Origin: Phoronis australis
Taxonomy: Eukaryota > Animalia > Phoronida
NCBI GenBank assembly: GCA_002633005.1
Contig: NMRA01000133.1
Coordinates: 347,385 to 411,384 of the forward strand
Direction of reading: 5' to 3'
Length of the DNA: 64,000 nt
Shown here in pieces: positions 12,453 to 25,800 of this stretch. The number at the start of each line of letters is the position of its first letter. Within the stretch, counting starts at the first letter, position 1. The notes under the pieces were generated by a model. The model made no database searches and had not been told where the DNA came from. It worked only from the letters and a program-made list of their open reading frames with translations. The translations under genes were made by a program, and so were the position numbers.

Positions 12453-15400
12453 CGTGTACTTTTAGACAACAACTGTTTTAGCGCATTAACATTCAAAACC
12501 CTTGAACGCATTAATTAGTTTCATGGGGGAAACAGATATAGAGTATCCAAATTACACACTTCAAACGAGAAATGCTAGAAATGTTAATTAAAATTCTCAC
12601 AACTCTGTCACAATTACAAAAGACGCTCCAAGTAAGTTAGTTGTTCACCATCAGCCTTGTGGGTACATGATCTGACTATTACTGCGTGAAGCACTCAGAT
12701 TTTTCATACGTACACGACTTCGTAATTTGTAAGTGAAAATAGATGTTCCCCGCACAACTTTTTCAGATAAGAAGTCGCCTACAATAGCCATTTTCCAACA
12801 TGGCGGCAACACAATGAGATGTACGCTCCGTCGCTAGACGCTGATTGAACAGCTGGCCAATAGCGTTTGGCCGGTTCTTGATTGTGGAGTTAGTTGCAAA
12901 GTGTAATATTCAAATAAACCGTGATACAAAAATGTCAAGCCTTTCAAAATGTGCCTCTCGACCCTGTCCACTGTTATACAACATAACTTGACACTGACCC
13001 ACATGACGGTTGTTTTTGAGCTCTCACAATGACAAAGAGTTCAGTCGAATGTTTGGAATTTGTCCGAAACAGAGCACTTTCGATTTTCCTGCAAAATTCA
13101 TTTGACTTGAGGAAATAAAATACCACTTTTGTCCTGTACAGCTAACCCAGCAATGTAGACACAGGGACCCTCAACAAATGAGGATGCAACTCATACTGAA
13201 GGCAGACCAAATATGGCAGAATTGCCCTAAAAGCATGTTAAGAAAACAGATTCCTTTCACCGCATTGTCAATGATATTTCTCTTGAGCTGTAATCTGTGT
13301 ATTTCACGACTTATACTCTCCATGAAAGTCTAGTTTTGAGACCAGGCAACATCTTTATCTGTGCTGTCCTTAGGGGATCAATGTTCTCGATATTTACATG
13401 GTGAATTTTCGCTTCATTGTCGAGATTACCTGTCAGAGGTTCTTGTCATCTAAAAGTTCGGTGAAGATGCCAAAATGGGTGTTGGAGAATATATTAAGCT
13501 GTTGGCCAAAGAAAACAAGGCAAACTAATGACACTATTGTAAATAAGAACTACCTAAATTGGCTACTCTGCTATTTATGTACATGCAAAAGCTGTTTTAT
13601 CTCAGAGTTATGGCTCTGTAGTGTTTAACACCATCCAATGCATGCAACAGCCCGTGTAGAAAAAACACTTGAATAGCGAAGCAGCTGTGTTTTTATGGTT
13701 TATTAACATTTATTGCAATAAAAACAAGGATAAAGTTTAATTTAGAAGTCATCTTTTAGGTAAAAACACAGTGTCTGATTGAGTACAGGTCTTGTACTAG
13801 GTTAACATGACTGACGATAACTTTTGCGTATTCTTCACCAACCAAATCCAGCATGTAAATCGAAAATTGATGTCACAGAAGGCTTACTCACTGCAGGGAC
13901 TGATAAACCAAACACAATGATAAACAAAGACCTACATCCTATGTGCATGTTTCCTTTGAAGTATGTAAATGGCTGGCTACTTGAGAGCTGGTGAAAACAG
14001 TCTAAGTGCCCGCAAGAGACTAGGTTCACATGAGTGGGAAAACAATAACAGTTTCATTGGTTAAAACATATAACAAAAACTATCACTTTAGCCATAAATG
14101 GACCATTTTCACCAGCACTTTGTATCCTCACCAGTCAAATAGCTTTAAGTGGAACTAGCATGCCAAGTCCAGTCTGTGATTGCCTGGTCAAATTAGTTAG
14201 AAACACAACATAATTTACCGGACCATGTGAATATGAAGTACGTTGAAAATTGCCAAATGTTTTGTGTAAAAAATGATCCATCGTAGAATTTTTTGTTTTC
14301 ACATTTACAAAGTTGTCAATGAGTATAACTGCACTTTGTTTAGCACAGATTACCTTAAAATAGCATTGTCGTTTAGATCCTGTTATGCATTAGCATAGAT
14401 AGGCGCCTGCAAATATACCTTTAATGGCAAACTGATGTAATGAAAATATGTGCACTATCTTACATTTATAAATTGAGTAATGAGCCCAAGAACCAAGAAC
14501 CTCTCACCCCTGTTCATGGGTGCTAATGTGCTGAGCAAACCGCCAGGGAAGCGCCAGCAAAAGTGGCACATAAACCAGTTCACATTTGTGGAGTTTTTGC
14601 TACTAAAGTTCTTAAAGCAAATACGCCAATGTTTTAGGGATTAGTTTTAACTGTTCATATTACCGGCATTTTTACTACTAGCACACGGTAAGTGTAGGAG
14701 AAAATACCAGCATTTTAAAACCAGTGAGTGAACGACGTATTAGGTCTACATTTTGTCTGGTGGGATTTTACCCTTAATTAACAACCACAAGTTACTAAAA
14801 TGATTATTTCATATATGAATAATAAAGATTTGTAATTAACCAATATCATAAGACATGAAATTTACATTTAAAAGACTCTTGTCGCTGTGCAAAACCGACA
14901 CTGGTCAGAAAAACGTGAATTATATCAATTTTTAATCAAAAATGAGGAATATTTTCCATGAAAAAAATTCCAGAACGTTGGTTGCCAGTATAGCAATTAA
15001 TATTTATAAATGACCATACAGACTCAAATTTAGGCATAACCTGTAACATTCTGAGCATAACTAAATACAAATGTAGACTTCTCAGTTTCCGTAAAATGAA
15101 GACACTACAAATGCACACAATTTTAATAAGGCTAGTCATGTTTCTAAAATCCCACTGGCATTACATCCTGTCAATAAAGTCTCAGGTGAAAACATTGTAA
15201 GCATTGTGTGGCATTTTTCATACATGGGAAGCTAAGAACTAAACATCTATAAAATGCCGCTTTTGTTGCAGCCTTTGTTATCGTCATCGTCATCGCATGG
15301 TTTAAGCACGCGAATTATTGATTCCATGTAGCCAGTATGCTTTGGGAAAAATCTATGATGGGTGAGACAGTGTCAAATGAACCCAAGCATAGTAATAAGG

Positions 15401-18400
15401 CAGGGACTTGGTGAATTCAAAGAAACGGTCGATGACAAATTTTTCGGAAAATTCTAGAATGAAAACAAGAATGGAGACAAGTGAAAATTTTGTTACACTA
15501 AAAGCTTACAAATTTCAGACCAAAATATTTGCCAAGTTCGTCCTTTTCATCTTTCAAAGGCTCTGAACATTGCTGTGAATGCCCGCAACTTTTCAAAATA
15601 TTGCTTGATGGTAGTTACACGATAACGAATTTCAAAATCGTTAAGTATAATTTTAGTACTACTTATTATCTAATGAAAAACGCCAAAAAATAAAATTTCA
15701 CTTCGCCGCCCGCCATATAGCGTCCTCAATTGTCAAGATTTTACTGTTTATCGTGTTTTTATGTAAGATAAGCAGCACCAAATCATGATGAAATCTCATC
15801 GAATCAAAACACAACATGTCGGACGATTGAAATTTCCTTTTCTCTTTTGAAAATAAATGAGAATTATCACCCTTTTTGCCAAGATTGACTCAGCTGATTG
15901 TTTACCACAAGCTGACATGTTGGGCATATCAGCCATTGTGAGTGAAATTATTTTGGAATATAGTACACAGTATGATGGTACTCAAAACAACTTGTTAAGG
16001 GAGGATTCTCGAAAGATTAGCTCAGATGAAGAACACTTATGACCCAATCGACAGAGTTCAAGGTAATGTTCTGTTACCAAAGTATACAGTGCTATGGTCA
16101 ACCACCACGAGTTGACACTTCGCTGGGTTCTTTGGAGGAGGCAAAGTTTCCCCATGTGTTTAAGAAATTTGGTTATTTAATTTTAATCAAAGTAAAAGAA
16201 TGACTAAAATACAGTTTGAAAGTAGCAAAAATCAATCATAACATAGCTATGGAAGCAATTATGAGGCACCAGTCTAAACCCATTAAAAATCAAAAAGAGC
16301 AATTTCCAAATAACTTTCATTGAAAAGCTTACATTTTATCATATCCCGAATATTGCAATGAACACAGTCATGGCAGATTTCTAAAATTTAATGTTATACC
16401 ATTGTGAAAAATGATAAAGGAATAATGAAATACCAGTGCACAAGTATCTACGTTTACATGATAAAGTTTCTTCAGTTTAGAGCACGATATGGGGGACAAG
16501 TACAAAATCCTTTTATCAAAATTTTCAACAAAATAAACAGGAAAAAAATTTACTTCACCATTTCCAAAGTTTATATAAATGAACAAACTAGGAAATTCGA
16601 ACCTATTATCAATACATATAGCTGTCGTAAGTGCAGTCATACCTAAAATTTCCATAGGCACGTGACTACGAACAAGACGCTGCATTTTGTATAAAAGCGA
16701 AATATTGGAACTGACGTTCATACTCAGATTTACAAATTACAATATGGACTACAATAACACTTTTGATAAAATGGGCCCTAGAACTCTTTCCAAGAAAACA
16801 TAAACTGAAAATAAAGAATATTCTTTTGATGAAAACTTCAAAATTAGGCCAATGATGATAACAAAGCAGATGGAATCACTCACTGGAGACTTTTTCTCAG
16901 TTATCTAATATTCCATGGTTATGAACAATATGCGGGCATTATGGCCAGGTCTTTATCACTTCCAGATGACTTGACAGCATATTCTAAGGTGACATAGAGC
17001 ACATTTACTAACTGATTTTATGTGCATTAGTTGAGGAATAGGACAGATAAACCAGTGCCCCTATCTTAATGGGCTATTAAACAAGATTAGCTGTACATTC
17101 ATTAAGCTGCCCAGAGGGATCAAAGAGATGACTTGATCTCCAAGCTAATATCCAATACTGCCAGGCTTAACCTTAGATTGATGATGACAATTGACTGACA
17201 ACTCTTCGTTCCGCACCAAATATTCCCCTTTATTACAATCGATCAAGAAAAATAGCCCAAAACCCAATAGGTATATGACATGAATTGACCGTTAAGAGAG
17301 TTTGTTTCAACAGTTTTTGAGAACAACCCTTCCTGTCCACTAACCGAAATTTACAATTTCCATCTTATACAGAAATACGGCATGGTTACTACCGTATGAC
17401 AGTCAAAGGTGTACGGCAGTTGCTGAAACCTACCACAAAAGTTCAGATACTCTTGTGTAAAATTATACCCAATGGCACGGCTCCAATCCATAGATAACTA
17501 GGCAGAGCATATGGCATTCTACACTTCCGCCCATCGAATTAACACAATTGTCAATATTTAGTCGAATAACACATGCGTGAGGAAATACTACACACATCTG
17601 ATATGAGACTTATCCAGAAAGAGCAATAACACAAAAGAACATTTTCTTCCAAAATAATGAATCATTGTTAAAAGCGGAACTCGTTACGTCATGTTCTTGG
17701 GGAAACACCATGTTGTTCATTTGCAAGCAATGCACAACAACAAAAATTAGACACGCAAGTGAAACAAGTCTTTTAAAAGAGTTGTGAGAGCAAGAAACCA
17801 TCTTTCGCTTGACCTAATTTCTAATTCTGGTATAAAAATGGGTCAAATACGAAACGCAATTTCTCTCATTCACCGACATTTTGAGACGAGTATTTTTGAG
17901 TGAATCGGTTGATTGTATGCCACCGTACACGACGGTTGAAAAGAACTCATAAAATGCACTGCGAAATCTCACTGCGCTGATGCTGTCTAACAACTCAAAC
18001 GCCATCTAGTGACAAGACGGGGAGTTTATTCTGTTGCCGATACATCGGAAAACGATTATTGGCAAGTTTTGAAAAGAAATAATAAAACAAGAGCAACATA
18101 CTAGACGCCATATTGCTGTACTGTTTAGAAAACAGTATTACAGAAGGCGACTTATTTTTCACGGCTGATAAACCAGCCTTCAAGCAAGACAAATACCATA
18201 ACTTATGGTAAATATTCTCTAACTTGGGAATGTCTCTAGAATTTGGGCCACGGAATCTTTGGCAAAAATTAAATTTCTTTGATTCTGGAATTTGATACGA
18301 CGGTGATAATTGGTGTTCATCATATTTCTCATATTTCAGAAAATGTGTTTTCAATCTAAAGAGTGAGAATATTTTGCTGTCTTTCCAATGATTCATGAAT

Positions 18401-21400
18401 TTGGGATGGACAATATTGTTTATTTCTAGAAATTGTGACAAGCTCCGATAGTGAATGAAATAATTATTTTTTCGAGTCCAAAATAGATAACTTTTACCAT
18501 ACGCCTGGGATGTTTTCTAGTGTTTGATACCTACAGGCTTGCCTTGATCAGGGGGGAGGGACATTTTATCTGCCTAGCAATAACACAACAGTCAGTTTCC
18601 CCAGGATTTAAAGTTATGGTAGTCTTTTAGCGCAAAAGGCCGGTTCATAATCATAGCACTTTAAACTCACAGAAATATTCTTAAGATAATGCTGCAAGAC
18701 TTTATCTTTGAATTCAGCGGAAATATTCACAAAACTATAAATCTTAATATATAATATAATATTTTCTGAAAGTAGAAACCCTGTAGAATTTGATTTTTGA
18801 CTGCTCATCTGCCATTAACTGGATCCGTGACCATGTCGTTAAGTAAAATTTAGCAAAAAACTTCAGGTGCATTGATTGCAAAAAGGATCCATAACGAGGC
18901 TAAATTTATTTTGATATAAATGGTCACGATGAAAGTTAAAAAATAAATGAACATCAAAGTAAACGGGTGGTGATGCTGACGTCATCGAAGTTATCGCAAG
19001 GTAACGCTCCACGCTAAGATTTTTTTCAATGAGACAATTTGAGAACCTTTACATGTGCTAAATGACATTAAACTTATTTTTAAATCTATCAGGTGATATT
19101 AGAGCAGCTATTAGTATGATAAAAGTGGCACCTGGCGATAACTTTGATTGCACCAAAGTTAAGCGTTCATACTGCACCGCAGCGTCGACGCTGCGCTATT
19201 AAATCCACCTGTTAACTGCGATGTTAACTGGCGCTGTTAACTGCGATCCAGGACTGGAGTTAAGCATTCATACTGACCGCAACACCCCAAACCATCGAGA
19301 CGTCGATCTTAGTATGAAAGGCCCTATTGTTTACCGAAAGCACCTCTAGTAGATTGATCTCAATGGCCAATAGCCTTAAAAGATACCATGGACACGCAAT
19401 CAACTAGAGTACACCATAAAAATTATTCAGACATGACCTGGAATTAACAGTCATTACGCCTGGGCAGAAGCCCACCTAGTCTTCCTTCCTAGTCTTCCCT
19501 CGTGACTGAGAATGAAGCGTAATGAACAGGAAAATTAGTGAGGTGGCTAAAGGCCCTTTCCCATATAGTTAACTTTGCTATTATCAAAGCTTTGATGTTA
19601 CTGTGGTTAACCGCGAAGTTAAGTGTTAGTGTTCACATCAACTTCGGAATTATAGTTCAGTGGAGTTATCGCAAGGTGGCGCCTTGCTGTTTTTTGACAG
19701 TGCTTGCCATTAAAAATGTCAAAGGCATTTCTTTTTCCCCAGATGGAAATTAGAACATTACTTCAAAAGGCAGCTAACAGTTGGGACGGTGATGAACTAG
19801 ATGACACATTAAAACATTTGACTCTTGCGCAAGCAGTAATTTTTTTAAAGTAAAGAATTCATCAACAAACACAAACTGTAACAGAATAATGGCAACATAA
19901 TTATTTGAACACAATATTAACAAATAGTGACTCCTGCCCATAGCTCCGATGGCATCGAAGTTAAGTGTTGCCATAGTAGTGAAGCGTCAACATTTCACTG
20001 TTAAATACACCTCTTTACTTCAGAGTTAACTTGTTTTGTGCTGTTAACTTTGATTCAAAACCATAGTCGAGTGTTCCCATTGATTGAAGCTTTGACAGCA
20101 CCGAAGCTTCGGAGGAAGTGGGAAAGCCCTTTAAGCCATTCCGCAATTAAGAATTTTGCATCCGTAACAGTCACTACTAGTCACTTTTGCTGTTAACAGA
20201 ATTAGCAGTTATGGTGGGGAGCAGCATTTTGTCGAATTACTTTTGTCTTGTAATGTAAATCGTTTATAATGACAAAGACAGCATCCACATTAATCAGTTA
20301 ATTACAAATAAGTAGTCATCGCCGTTATTAAGAAAAACAAAATTATATTACCAACTCCCAAGAAACCAGCCTGACAAAGGATTGATAAAACATTATCGTG
20401 GATTATAAGAGAGAGACGACAATAATTGTGCTAAAGCCACAAATTCCAGAAGGGAATAAAAGTTGAAAAGTCATCCTGCAGTCTACCCTTAGCAGACTAA
20501 CAGTATTAACAGAAATTATCATTTTTAATGTCAGTGCACAACCATGTTGGTGAGATGAACGCATAAACAGAGACAAATCACTCAAACAAAGTAAACATTA
20601 TTAGTCATCTCGTTGAACAAGCAGAGGAATTGTAAAATACACCTGCACAAAGGCTTGAAAAGGTAAGTCCTGCCATGAAAACAATGACTACAAAGAACTG
20701 TCTGAAATTTTGGAATCAATGAACTGAAAAGTCATGGATCTGCTTGAATAAAATGGTATCTGATGATTACTCAAACTACCATTATGAATGTGGTTTCACT
20801 GATGTGAAAACAATCACAGCATGATCCAGTGTGATTGAGTTTAACCGCAAACTATTATCCCAGATCCTCACTTTCATCATAGAGAGATTGTCCAAAGAGT
20901 AAATACTAAAAAAACAATTGGCAAATACCACAAAAACATTCCAATTACCCACCATTTTTTAAAGGAAGCTTTTGACAGCAATGACAAGCAGTTGAAAAGG
21001 GGACATGCATGGGAAGGGGACATGCATGGGGTACATCTGTCAAACATCGCATCATCTAANAAGTAAAATTTAGCAAAAAACTTCAGGTGCATTGATTGCA
21101 AAAAGGATCCATAACGAGGCTAAATTTATTTTGATATAAATGGTCACGATGAAAGTTAAAAAATACTGTTAGTTTCCTAAAGTATCGTTTTATTTTTGTT
21201 TAAAGCAACTTCTGTTTTCTCACAATAATGATAGAATCCTAATTTTGATGGAATGTCGTGCAAAAGTAGAATATTTTAAAAACTCCTAATAATGTTTTGT
21301 AGAACAGTACATAAACCATGATATATTATGAAGTTTTATATGAACTAATAAGTCATTTCTGACATACTATGATCCAGAGTTTGCCAAATCAGAAAGAAAA

Positions 21401-21520
21401 GCTTTCCACAAAGCAATTTAAAAAGTACGTATACTAAAAATTTTTGAGTTTACATTCACGGCAGTCCCAGTGATAACTTTTACTATCAGGGCCAATGGAA
21501 TGCCTAGGTTAAATTCATTA

Positions 21521-21990
21521 GGCCCTTTCATATTGACTTAACTCTGGTCTGAGTGGAGCGTCGACGTAAACAGCGCAGTTAACTGGACCGCTCATACTGG
21601 CTTCGGTAGTAAATGAACATCAAAGTAAACGGGTGGTGATGCTGACGTCATCGAAGTTATCGCAATGTAACGCTCCACGCTAAGATTTTTTTCAATGAGA
21701 CAATTTGAGAACCTTTACATGTGCTAAATGACATTAAACTTATTTCTAAATCTATCAGTAGTTATTAGAGCAGCTATTAGTATGATAAAAGTGGCACCTG
21801 GCGATAACTTTGATTGGACCAAAGTTAAGCGTTCATACTGCACCGCAGCGTCGACGCTGCGCTATTAAATCCACCTGTTAACTGCGATGTTAACTGGAGC
21901 TGTTAACTGCGATCCAGGACTGGAGTTAAGCATTCATACTGACCGCAACACCCCAAACCATCGAGACGTCGATCTTAGTATGAAAGGCCC
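21521..21990. mobile_element. PIF/Harbinger-like MITE (truncated counterpart at about 18945-19324)
   Basis: TIRs GGCCCTTTCATA / TATGAAAGGCCC with T/A-rich flanks. Confidence 0.6.
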
Positions 21991-22216
21991 TACTGTTTAC
22001 CGAAAGCACCTCTAGTAGATTGATCTCAATGGCCAATAGCCTTAAAAGATACCATGGACATGCAATCAACTAGAGTACACCATAAAAATTATTCAGACAT
22101 GACCTGGAATTAACAGTCATTACGCCTGGCAGAAGCCCACCTAGTCTTCCTTCCTAGTCTTCCCTCGTGACTGAGAATGAAGCGTAATGAACAGGAAAAT
22201 TAGTGAGGTGGCTAAA

Positions 22217-22871
22217 GGCCCTTTCCCATATATAGTTAACTTTGCTATTATCAAAGCTTTGATGTTACTGTGGTTAACCGCGAAGTTAAGTGTTAGTGTT
22301 CCCATCAACTTCGGAATTATAGTTCTGTGGAGTTATCGCAAGGTGGCGCCTTGCTGTTTTTTGACAGTGCTTGCCATTAAAAATGTCAAAGGCATTTCCT
22401 TTTCCCCAGATGGAAATTAGAACATTACTTCAAAAGGCAGCTAACAGTTGGGACGGTGATGATGAACTAGATGACACATTAAAACATTTGACTCTTGCGC
22501 AAGCTAACAGCTGATCCAAACAAAGGCAATATAGCGTGGTGGGAACTCGCTTTGCGTATACTGCACATTCAGTAATTTTTTTAATGTACAGAATTCATCA
22601 ACAAATACAAACTGAAAAAGAATGATTATAACAGCAACATAATTATTTGAACGCAATATTAACAAATAGTGACTCCTGCCAATATCTCCGATGGCATCGA
22701 AGTTAAGTGTTCCCATAGTACTGAAGCGTCAACATTTCACTGTTAAATACATCTCTTTACTTCAGAGTTAACTTGTTTTGTGCTGTTAACTTTGATTCAA
22801 GACCATAGTCGAGTGTTCCCATTGATTGAAGCTTTGACAGCACCGAAGCTTCGGAGGAAGTGGGAAAGCCC
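22217..22871. mobile_element. PIF/Harbinger-like MITE (counterpart at 19552-20129)
   Basis: TIRs GGCCCTTTCCCA / TGGGAAAGCCC with TAA/TTA flanks. Confidence 0.55.
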
Positions 22872-25800
22872 TTTAAGCCATTCCGCAATTAAGAATTTTG
22901 CATCCGCAACAGTCACTACTAGTCACTTTTGCTGTTAACAGAATTAGCAGTTATGGTGGGGAGCAGCATTTTGTCGAATTACTTTTGTCTTGTAATGTAA
23001 ATCCTTTATAATGACAAAGACAGCATCCACACTAATCAGTTAATTACAAATAAGTAGTCATCGCCGTTATTAAGAAAAACAAAATTATATTACCAACTCC
23101 CAAGAAACCAGCCTGACAAAGGATTGATAAAACATTATCGTGGATTATAAGAGAGAGACGACAATAATTGTGCTAAAGCCACAAATTCCAGAAGGGAATA
23201 AAAGTTGAAAAGTCATCCTGCAGTCTACCCTTAGCAGACTAACAGTATTAACAGAAATTATCATTTTTAATGTCAGTGCACAACCATGTTGGTGAGATGA
23301 ACGCATAAACAGAGACAAATCACTCAAACAAAGTAAACATTATTAGTCATCTCGTTGAACAAGCAGAGGAATTGTAAAATACACCTGCACAAAGGCTTGA
23401 AAAGGTAAGTCCTGCCATGAAAACAATGACTACAAAGAACTGTCTGAAATTTTGGAATCAATGAACTGAAAAGTCATGGATCTGCTTGAATAAAATGGTA
23501 TCTGATGATTACTCAAACTACCATTATGAATGTGGTTTCACTGATGTGAAAACAATCACAGCATGATCCAGTGTGATTGAGTTTAACCGCAAACTATTAT
23601 CCCAGATCCTCACTTTCATCATAGAGAGATTGTCCAAAGAGTAAATACTAAAAAAACAATTGGCAAATACCACAAAAACATTCCAATTACCCACCATTTT
23701 TTAAAGGAAGCTTTTGACAGCAATGACAAGCAGTTGAAAAGGGGACATGCATGGGAAGGGGACATGCATGGGGTACATCTGTCAAACATCGCATCATCTA
23801 ATCTAATTCCATCTTCATAAACAGGGAGACATGGCGACTTTAAGAGGATAGATTATTATACAAGGTCAGCTGCCCTGAGTAAGAAGAATCCATCCGTTGT
23901 TTCTTTGATATTAAGAGTCAACTGCAGTATTTTTACCCAATTAGAATGCCATGCCTTTCAAAAGAAATTTTGAGATTCCTAAACACCAAAAACGCCCATT
24001 ACCTGTAGGTTCCATATTTAGTGTTTTGCGGACATGTTTGCAACAACTATATACAACATTAACTTTCCTACTGGAAGATGGCAGGCAGTATCAAGACTAT
24101 AGTCGACAATCAGTCATAACTGAACTTGTATCCCTTTCCCACTGCTTTTAGTCTGTTACGTGAGACGTTGAAATAAACTGCAAAGTTAACAGCGATGTTT
24201 CCAATGATGTCAGTCTTTAACCCACGAGGAATTTCATGACTAGTGGTGCCATGATCAACGAAATTAACACAAGGTAGCGTCGCTATCTCAAATTTTAAAA
24301 AAGTTCCAAGTATTGCACAAATTTTTAAACATGAAGGGTCAAAGAAATATTCAGATACTAACAGAAATGAAATGTTTATAGTATTGGAATTGTAAATGTT
24401 TCAACAAAATGCTTATAAATTTTTACCCACTTTTAAATCCATATGTCTACTAGAATTGTGATTTTAACTTCAGTCTCAAAGAGCTCTTTAAATATTGATA
24501 CATCAAAGTTCACAGAAAATGTCTCAGTAAAATTGTATTAACTGAATGATAGCTTCTTGAACTCCACATTAAGTTAAAAAGTACAGTTGAGAGCTGAAAA
24601 CGCCAGCAGTCTTCCACTGGCAAAAATGATAAGCCGTGCTGTAATTTCCGCCGGAAGATATCCTTGTTTTCTCACCACTCGTAAACAACGAATTGATATT
24701 AAAGCATGTTTATTCTGGTGATATAATCTTGTTAACACAACGATAACAATGGCTCTCATTCTCAACACAAGTATCCTTAGAAAAGAGCAGTGAAAAGTCC
24801 TTAGGAAAAAAGCATCCGTTGCTGCCAGCATAGCATCAGCCAAGTGATCCTTACAACTGTTAAGACCATTTGCGCATTCTCTGCTAGTGAAATTGTTGGA
24901 GAAAACACAAGTGTTTTAGCAATATCTGAATTGAACATGAATGTTTTTCATAAGTTTACACATGTCACCATTCTAACAGTCAAACTGTGAAGTATAGTTG
25001 TTCAAATAGATTGCAAGCCAATAAAAATATGAGAAACTGTTGAGCAGTTTCCCATAGTTAAGACATACCATCTGACACCGAAATGTCATTGCTACCCATA
25101 TGTTTCTTAAGTTGCTTTCTCATTAAAGTTACTTCCAGGACTAGTTCATGGTCGAAAGATGTTCTAGATTAATGTGATAACCTACAATTATCACAATTAT
25201 CACCTTTCCTGTATTAAACACCAGATGTCGCTACGCTGGATTGCTTACTTGCTCCAAATACCGGTACTAATCAGGGCACTGGTCGAATACAGTTGTCCCT
25301 GATTTTAGCTGAACTAGGCATTCGCTGAATAACGGGGGACCATTATTCAGTGGAGGAAACTGATTCTCAAAATAAAAAGGTTCCTGAAGTATACAGCGGC
25401 CGTTGCACCGATGTGGGTAAAAACTGATCAAATAAAATGTGATACAAAATTAGTGTCATAAAAAATTACACTCTTCCTTAAGTAAACTTATTATTGATTG
25501 GTGTTGAAAAAATTGGCATTTTGCCGTTCACTCTGCTGGTAAAATTTGGGTGCGCTCTTTAAGGTTGGCTTTCGGTGCCGTCACCTGTTGCCTTATTGGC
25601 CAGTTTTGTTCCCTGAGTTGTTCTTCTCCCGAGTGATCGAACTGTTCTCAGAAGTTGTGTACATGTCACAACAAATTACTAGAACTGAATTCATTTCCTT
25701 ACAAGTTTTTAGTATTTTAATACCAGGAAATCGAATTTCATAAAAAATTTTGCTCCTGCAAAGCTGTCATCATTTCCTGACAGATGTCGCAAAATTTTAA

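Larger units (their letters stand above)
18841..23801 (+). repeat. Direct tandem duplication (18841-21059 and 21061-23801) split by an N; probable uncollapsed haplotypes
   Basis: Both copies begin AAGTAAAATTTAGC and end GCATCATCTAA, the junction is exactly at N 21060, and they differ by SNPs and indels. Confidence 0.9.

Noticed and set aside
19538-23327. Pairs of near-identical short ORFs suggesting a gene duplication
   Set aside because: They lie in MITEs and flanks within the N-split duplication; no protein motifs.
24574-24843. 89-aa ORF
   Set aside because: No recognisable domain or convincing splice sites.
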